Assembly: GCA_964016885.1 (NCBI GenBank)
Contig: CAXHJY010000233.1
Coordinates: 1 to 19,036 of the forward strand
DNA: 19,036 bases
Direction: 5' to 3'
DNA from: Eledone cirrhosa
Lineage: Eukaryota
Part shown: piece after piece, positions 9,780-19,036 of the stretch
Numbering within the stretch: the first letter of the stretch is position 1
Layout of the letters: each line of letters starts with the position of its first letter
The notes under the pieces: generated by a model
Seen by the model: only the letters and a program-made list of their open reading frames with translations
The model's database searches: none
What the model was told of the DNA's origin: nothing
Translations under genes and position numbers: made by a program

Positions 9780-10499
9780 TTAGCAATATTTGTACATATA
9801 ATTAACCTCCTATTCAACTGAACAATCGTATAGATACATGGATATTAATGTTGCCAACAACAGTTTCGAATTTACAGAGTGGAATGGATGCGACATAGAT
9901 TTCAAGAGAATTGTACAATAATTAAAATAAAAAATTAAAAGTTAAAAAGGTACAGAGTGGAATGCATGCAACAGAGATTAGTATAACAATTAGAGAGGCA
10001 TTAAGGTAGAAAGTTACTCGTGAAACGAGGATTCTAGTAGTACATAAGCAAGCGTATAGAGAGTGCGAATGCAATAGGCTCAAACAGGAAGGAAACAAGC
10101 AATGGTACTAGACATATATAATTTCTGCGATGCAAAGGTATCACATAAAACAACATATGTTTACAAGCAGGCGAAGCTCTTTTAGTATTAAAATTATTAG
10201 TTTATGGTGGCTGTAGCGTGATAATTGTTTCTGTAATGTTCAGATGTGTATGTGCTGAGAGTATCTATTTTATTGCTATCTTTTCCATAACATTGGCTAT
10301 GTTTTATTTTAGTGAATGTTTTTAATCAGTCACAGCCATGGATTGTATACCGGTTCTAATATATTGTTATCCGCGGTTCGAGTTGTTGTAGAGAGGTTCT
10401 CTAACGGTTTAATTTCCGGAACTGAGTTTGATCTATATTAAGGGGAACTAATACGAAAGGGGAGGTAACTAGCGATTACATTGTAAATTAATTTAGAAA

Positions 10500-10895
10500 A
10501 ATGTAAATATGTTTACAGCTATATATTATTTAAATTTTTTGTGTTACTATACATTATATTGTGTTATAAGTGAATCCCTTTTATATAATGCTATTTGTTT
10601 GTGTTTAATTTTAAATATAATCTATTTTACATTAAAGGTCTGATTATATTGTTATCTATCCATTACTGAATAACGTATATGTAATTGTTAGGAAATTGGT
10701 AAGAATGTATAGTTGTTTACAGGTCTAACTAGTTAAATCTCTTGTGCTATTAATATACATTATATTATGTTATAAGTGAATTTCATATATATAATGCTAT
10801 TAAATTTTTATGTTTAATTATAAATATAATTTATTTTCCTATACTAGATTAAGTGTCTCATCATATTATTATTTATCCATTCCTGAATATAATAT
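10500..10895. repeat. Diverged tandem duplication, period about 206 nt, within the putative PLE 3' UTR
   Basis: ATACATTATATT.TGTTATAAGTGAAT..TATATAATGCTATT..TGTTTAATT.TAAATATAAT..TATCCATT.CTGAATA occurs near 10549 and near 10755. Confidence 0.8.
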
Positions 10896-11105
10896 AAGCA
10901 AGATATAGTGATTATATTAAATGGTGTTAGTTTTATGTTTATTCCTAATAGTTATTGTATAGTATAAAGTTTGAGATAAAAAGGAGTTAGGTAGAGGGAT
11001 GAGCTGATCATAGAGTGTGATGCTGTGGGGGTACTTATATGCTGATAAGACCTAGAGGTGAAGTGTTAATGATGGTGAGGAATTCAGATCTGACATTGTT
11101 ATACA

Positions 11106-11492
11106 TCAGGAGCTAGGTTTAAAGCTATAAAAAGAGTGTCGGTTGTAGTGCTGGCAGATCGAAAAAACCTCTGATATTCTATTTAGGAGGTCTAGCTTAG
11201 AATAGATTATTGTTCGGGTCTCTAGAAGACAGAGGTTACATAATGTATTAGGTGGTTTATACGATGCGGCCCTATCTACTATCTCCCATTGAAGTGTATA
11301 TGTTCTATTCCTAGTTTTCAGAGAGTGTATGTAGCTGGATAAAGAAGTGGAGTTGGCTAGATTGCGATTTTTGAACGTGTGGAGGTGCGAGTTATATTTC
11401 GTCTTGAAGCAGTTCGAAGTTGCACCGATATATGTTTTAGAAGAGTTATTTGTGTTGACCGTGCATGAGTAAATGATGTCTTTGATTAAGCA

Positions 11493-11498
<6 letters not shown>
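11106..11498 (-). CDS. GIY-YIG endonuclease C-terminus of a PLE (Hydra-clade-like CxLC/CxH tail); no start codon, absent from the ORF track
   Basis: Manual translation gives a stop-free 130 aa: QNCLIKDIIYSCTVNTNNSSKTYIGATSNCFKTKYNSHLHTFKNRNLANSTSLSSYIHSLKTRNRTYTLQWEIVDRAASYKPPNTLCNLCLLETRTIIYSKLDLLNRISEVFSICQHYNRHSFYSFKPSS*. Confidence 0.88.
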
Positions 11499-11678
<180 letters not shown>

Positions 11679-12010
11679 AGAACAATATTCGTAGATGTGA
11701 AAAAGAAAAAGCTAAACAGTGCTCAGTCGGAAAGAGAACAGAAATATATTATTGATGAAAATGAAGAAGTCTCTTCAGGGACAATAACACCCATTTCACT
11801 TTATTAACACCAACAAAATGTTTGATATAAGTCTGTGGAAATACCTTTGCCATTTTGTCCGCGTGGTACAGCCGAAACACGGCTCTAACCTAGGTGTAGT
11901 GTCTGTCACCCTCTCATCTTCCCCCTTTCTTCCTTTGTCTAATAGTCCTTCCCCTCCTTTTCCTCTTATGACATTTATAGTCCTTACCAATACTGCTCTC
12001 TTTTTCTATA

Positions 12011-13186
<1,176 letters not shown>

Positions 13187-13415
13187 TGTACTCTAGTACG
13201 AAATAAAGTTTGATATATTAGGATCAGAGTAACTTTATTATCGATTATCGATTTATTGTCAATTATCGATATATATATCATGGAGTTGCATTGGAGAAGA
13301 CAATCTGTAATTAACATTAAACAGAAAATAAGGAAAACCGATGAACAGAAAAATTGAAAGTAAAAATAGGTTTGCCAAGACATAGCAATTAGTTATATAA
13401 CATCGTGAAGATACA

Positions 13416-13525
13416 TGACCTAGTGGTTAAAGTGTTGGACTCACGATAATAATGGGTTCGCATTGTTCCTGTACACTCAGTTGAAAATGAGTACCAGCTT
13501 TAGCTGGGGGTTAACCAGCCACATG
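13416..13525 (+). mobile_element. Degenerate tRNA-derived SINE of a different family
   Basis: A-box-like CCTAGTGGTTAAAG, partial B box GGGTTCG, and CACTCAGTTGAAAATGAGTACC resembling conserved SINE central domains. Confidence 0.5.
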
Positions 13526-13569
13526 ATATCTTGATAAAATCGTAACTGGTTATACAGTTATCGCTACTA

Positions 13570-13788
13570 ATAATAAGGGTTTTTGATTTAAGCACAAGGC
13601 CAACAATTTGGAGGGGGGGGACAATTAAATCGAAACCAGTGCGTTACTGGTATTTATTTATTGACCCCGTAAGGAGGAAAGGCAAAGCTAACCTCGGCAG
13701 GATTTGAACTCAGACTGCAAAGGGCCATAACTCTAAGCTACAAAGCATGGCGTCCGACCCTCTACCGATACTGCCAATCCACCGCCCC
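13570..13788 (-). mobile_element. Full-length copy of the same tRNA-derived SINE
   Basis: The minus strand reads GGGGCGGTGGATTGGCAGTATCGGTAGAGGGTCGGACGCC..GAGTTCAAATCC..GAGGTTAGCTTTGCCTTTC..GGCCTTGTGC. Confidence 0.9.
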
Positions 13789-13839
13789 TATTAATAATAA
13801 TGATAAGATTAATGAGAATAACAATAATAGCAACAACAA

Positions 13840-14000
13840 CCTAACGCCAAATACAGAATGTGTAAGCAACCCAATGAGACGGTTTGTGGTATCATGTTCG
13901 GCTGCCAAGTCCTTGCCAAGTCTGAATATATACACAGATATGCTAGAATTGGCAGTTATATGCACTGGGAAATATTCCAATACTTCGGTGTGAAAACACA
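13840..14000 (+). pseudogene. Dong/R4-clade non-LTR retrotransposon C-terminal fragment (degenerate CCHC knuckle/RHD region)
   Basis: Manual translation PNAKYRMCKQPNETVCGIMFGCQVLAKSEYIHRYARIGSYMHWEIFQYFG matches the CRLC..ET..HI.SGC..LA..EY..RHD.....HW pattern. It is preceded by a TAA/CAA-like tract. Confidence 0.75.
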
Positions 14001-14067
14001 TTACATGACAACGACTTAGGAATAATTTTCAAGGATTATATTATAATTATAGCCCCCATCTGTCATT

Positions 14068-14122
14068 AATGACCATGGAATTTTCACCTAGAAACTTTCT
14101 AGGTGAAAATCCCATGGTCATT
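14068..14122. repeat. 55-nt palindrome (27-bp arms, 1-nt centre, 1 mismatch)
   Basis: AATGACCATGGAATTTTCACCTAGAAA-C-TTTCTAGGTGAAAATCCCATGGTCATT. Confidence 0.95.
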
Positions 14123-14329
14123 CGTGGCCGAATGAGGTCTTTACCCTTATTGTATTATATTTTCTTTCATCCAAATTTTCGAAATAGTATTTGCAGCTTC
14201 GAAAATATCTGTTTGAATCACAAATAGAGAACGCTGGTGTATCAACATTTTGGTAAAAGAATCTCTTTGAAATCTTATGTATCATTCTCGCAGAATACGT
14301 CAATATAGTTAAAACATTACTATTTCTAC

Positions 14330-14495
14330 GGCACTTTACGTTCTGAGTACAAATCCCGCCAAGGTAAACTTTGCCTTTCATCCTTATGGGGTCGATAAAA
14401 TAAAGTACCAGTAATGTACTGAGGTAGATTTAATCGATTTCCACTCCCCTTCAAATTGTTGGCTTTGTGCCTAAAGTAGAAACAATTATTATTTT
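14330..14495 (+). mobile_element. 5'-truncated copy of the same SINE
   Basis: CTTTACGTTCTGAGTACAAATCCCGCC..CTTTGCCTTTCATCCTTATGGGGTCGATAAAATAAAGTACCAGT..GTAGAAACAATTATTATT. Confidence 0.88.
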
Positions 14496-14939
14496 TACTT
14501 TTTTATCAGCAAAAATAACTTTATTAATTTTTAAAACGGAAAAGGAGGGGAAAGGCAATGGCTCTAGGGTCACAGAGTTAAATACTGCAATATATTTTTC
14601 GAACAGGCCCCTCTACCTAAGGTCTGAACGCGTCCCTTTTTAACCCACGTGTAGGACGGTATGGTATGATTCTTTTTCGTTCTTTTCACCATATTGTAGT
14701 TTTGGTGGTCTTTATTCGCACCAGTCCCCAATCTGGTACTTTCTCAAACCTGCGAAGTATAAGCTCCTTTAGAGGTGGCCTTTACTCGCCTCGTCATAGC
14801 TACGTCACTGGGTTGTGAGAGCTTTCATAGGAGTTACAGGTCCCCCCCCCCATGGCTCCATCTCCCCTAGTAGTTTATCGCTGTTGGTCAGAGTCTGCTT
14901 ATTCGTCCGGCAGCTGCCCGCTTATATCACAGTTAACCA

Positions 14940-15360
14940 TTATATCTGGTGGCAGTTTCGCTATCCGCCACCTGCAACCCGTTCTCAAGCAGAACAGCTC
15001 TGCTGAGAAGAACAACTATCGCGAAATCAAGCGGCAGAAATGGGGTTCCTGCGAAAGGTCTTTAGAGTAGCGTTACACGATAGCGTGCGTAGCTCGGAGA
15101 TCAGAGAGTCACTCTAGGTAGAGCCGCTACTTCTCCGAATTTATGGGCAATGGGTTAGAATGTCTTAGGAAAGAATCGCTGAAGAGATTTTACAGGCAAA
15201 ACAAACCGGCAGGGGACCCAGGAGTAGACTCCGAGCAAGGTGGTTGGATAACATCCATGAGTTTGGCTGGTCACGATTGGGGATCCAGTCGGATCAGTTA
15301 GAGATGGTTGTTTCTGGCAGGACCCGCTGGAATGAGTGTTTGAGGACTCTGTCCTCACGA
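14940..15360 (-). pseudogene. Possible highly decayed Gypsy gag fragment
   Basis: Only scattered motifs: DRVLKHSFQRVLP and C..HKFGEVA across a frameshift, resembling a gag C.YH.KFG..A knuckle. Confidence 0.22.
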
Positions 15361-17041
15361 CGCTCTCAAGAAGAAGAAGAAGAAGGGTTCAATACAGTTT
15401 TTGTGTACGTAAGTGCTTTGGTTTTGAATGAGTATGTTGTGGTTGCCACAGATGTTGTTGTTGCAGTTGCTGTTGCAGCAGATGTTTTTATGTTTTTGTT
15501 TTTCGTTTGGGACCTAGTGTTGTATTTTACTGAAGGTTGAGTTCTTCAAGGGTTGAGTCCATATACTTTCTGGGTTGTTTTCTTTTTGTCTGTAATATTG
15601 AATGTTTGTTGAGTCTATCAGAAATGTTCGTGTTCGTCAAATTGTTGTGATTCTACCGTCGTTCAGCAACCAATTTAAGTGTGTGTGAAGGTTGAGAGTT
15701 TTTCCCAACACCGGGTCTAGTAGTTTGTTGGTGGAATACTGCCAAGTGAGTAAGTGAAGTATGTCTCAGTAAGTTTAAAGAAGTTTTGTCATATTCAATG
15801 AAACAAGAAGATGTACTCTGTTGTGGTATAAAGTGATATTACCATGGAGAAGATGATTTCCCCAATCACATGGATAACAATTAACAAATGAACAAAACAC
15901 CACTAATTTTAATGTTTTTATTTGTAACATGATCTACTTCGAAATCATGTGCAGCGATGAACAACAGAACAAGATGTACGTATAGATGCAATATGTTATG
16001 TGTACAAATATGGTGGTTTTTACTAACCTGGGTTGGTAGAAAATATCAGTTAATACAGATACCAGCAAGTCTGGCTTACGAGTGTTTGTGACTACATTGC
16101 AAGTGCTGACAGAACAAACTGTCTATCTCAGAGTTGGAAGCAGACTGTATCTGTAAGTCGAAAATCTCTTGTATAAGATTAGGTTGCCCAATAAGAACGG
16201 TCATCTTTTCAGACACCCTGGTGCTGTGAGTTTACTAGAAGAGAACGTTACTTAAGTTTGTGACTCTGGGGTCAGTCTTAAGGTGGTGGTGTGTGGCAGA
16301 ATAAGAAAGCCATTATGGAAAAATGGGTTGAGATTTCGCTACACACACACACACACACTCATATAAATATATGTGTGTGTGAGTGTATATTTTTAGTATC
16401 AATATTATAGTTATAATATTAATGGTATACTGGTTTACAAGTTGATATGTAGCTCAATGCAATAGAGGTGTCACACAGAGCTGTTATACATTAAAATTTA
16501 AATGACACCAAAGATTAAAACATTTTAAAACTGACAGCCATGTCTGCCTGTGTAACAATTAAAGGTTTCGTAAGAGTTTATTAAAATATTTACTGTAGCC
16601 GGAGGTATTCGGACTTACCTTCCTTCTCTCTGGTCCAAGCTTTTCTTTCTTTCTCTTTCTTCTTCCTATACATACATATATCTATCCTAATAATTATTTA
16701 AATCTACCTAGCGTCTAAAATAACGTTTTTTTTTCATCCCTACGCCTCAACCTCATTTGCATATTCATCTAAATAATATGAAAGATTTGTTTTTTTCCTC
16801 TCTTCCCCTTTTCCTTTTACTATCCCAGGTAAAACTTGAACCGTTAAGGTCTCATTCCTGGATATGTCAATATTTATAAAACAAGCTTTGTATTTTATCT
16901 GATAAAAGTGTACCAAAGTTTTGGTACCCTTGAAATATATATAATAGAATACATATGGTCGTATAAATATAGTTTCCATTTATTAATATCATTGATATTG
17001 TACTCCACAAATCTGTCTAGTGCTTCGAATCTATTATAATA

Positions 17042-17871
17042 TGTAGTGACGTGGTTAGTGGGTCTGGTCACTACTTCTGATCGGATCTGAGAATAGCCCT
17101 TAAAAGGACTGTTATCACAAACGGTCCTGATCGGATCTGAGGATAGCCCTTAAAGGGACTGTTATCACAAACGGTAAGGATGAACAGACGAAGGAAGAAG
17201 TTTAAAGGATGAGCAAGGCGAGAGATGTAGTTTCGGTCAGCTATTAATTTTCATACATGAAGCGACGATACAGAGGTACAAGGCGTGTGTGAGTGACAAG
17301 TGTGGCAGAGGAGAGGAACAAGGATACGCGAGCTGACTCTGCCAAAGGTCGACTGGTGAAAGTGTTTGCAACGTCTCTATTTATACAAAAATAATCGTTT
17401 GATGTTTAGCCGCTGCGTAGGCGTTTTATTTTGGTGGCTTAAGGGTTGTTTGTTTCACCGTGAGGTAGCTAGCTAAGCAGATAGATAGAGTTGTTTATTT
17501 CACAGATGTTATTTCGGTGGCTGTACATTATCCCCCTGCCAGATCTTTTGTACAACAAAGATCGAAACATCCGATAGTAATGAGCAAGTGGTGCATTTAT
17601 CATGTCAATAGCCCAATTGGTGTCCAGCACGTTGTGAAATTTGGTGATCATCGAGTATAGGACAGAGTCGATGTAGAGATGATATGGCACGATGTGTGTG
17701 TCAGGAATAAAAAAAAATAGACTATAAAATGACTTGACCAGATTTATGCAGGCGTGATGAATGAGACTATTGCAATTTGGGTTGAGCTGCCTGTGATTGC
17801 GTGACAAAAAGTCTAACAGGGCAGTGAAAATAACCGTAATGTGTGAAATGAATCATCGAGCGCTTGCCACA
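17042..17871 (-). mobile_element. Probable solo LTR (Gypsy-like)
   Basis: The minus strand reads TGTGGC..ACTACA, with TATAAATA near 17378-17385. The flanks AATA/CATA could be an imperfect 4-bp TSD. The segment is richer in GC than its surroundings and has an internal tandem repeat. Confidence 0.45.
17077..17175. repeat. Tandem duplication, 2 x 50 nt
   Basis: CTGATCGGATCTGAGRATAGCCCTTAAARGGACTGTTATCACAAACGGT at 17077 and 17127, with 2 differences. Confidence 0.95.
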
Positions 17872-17934
17872 CATATCGGACGTTGATTTTCGTTAATTCC
17901 TGAGCTGAAATACGATTCTCGCTAATTTATATTT

Positions 17935-19036
<1,102 letters not shown>

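Noticed and set aside
10209-10337. Possible long-stem HHR on the minus strand (CTGATTA..GAAACAATTATC)
   Set aside because: Core mismatches, and no complementary stem II could be formed.
16028-16666. Possible minus-strand host exons (acceptor/donor-like sites around 16028-16150; AG|GTAAGT near 16618)
   Set aside because: The 16028-16150 candidate has stops in all three frames and nothing else supports a gene; RNA-seq would be needed.
17077-17175. Tandem HHR dimer or CRISPR-like repeat (contains CTGAGGA..CAAACGGT)
   Set aside because: No GAAA box, stem I cannot close next to the core, and there are no spacers between the units.

Overview
AT-rich, microsatellite-dense eukaryotic DNA made almost entirely of transposable elements. 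The SINE and Helitron families suggest an octopod cephalopod, but this is an inference from recalled family sequences. No host gene could be supported. The core is a cluster of Penelope-like retroelements (PLEs) of at least three different types, all on the minus strand and bounded by (TA)n/(CA)n tracts. One has a full-length RT + GIY-YIG frame of about 874 aa broken by two 1-nt indels (4490-7114). Two are 5'-truncated (2102-2989 and 11106-11498), and the second of these is absent from the ORF track. Reading the sequence gives eight type I hammerhead ribozyme (HHR) motifs, three of them with core substitutions. One lies in each PLE 3' UTR and five lie in short non-coding units between microsatellites; one of these carries a 116-nt insert in stem II. 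Four fold-back junctions occur at the 5' ends of these units, two of them centred on (TA)n. The rest comprises octopus-type tRNA SINEs (including a 4-copy array), an RTE LINE fragment, a Dong/R4 fragment, two Helitron 5' ends with one clear 3' end, a 55-nt palindrome, a probable solo LTR and long (TA)n tracts.
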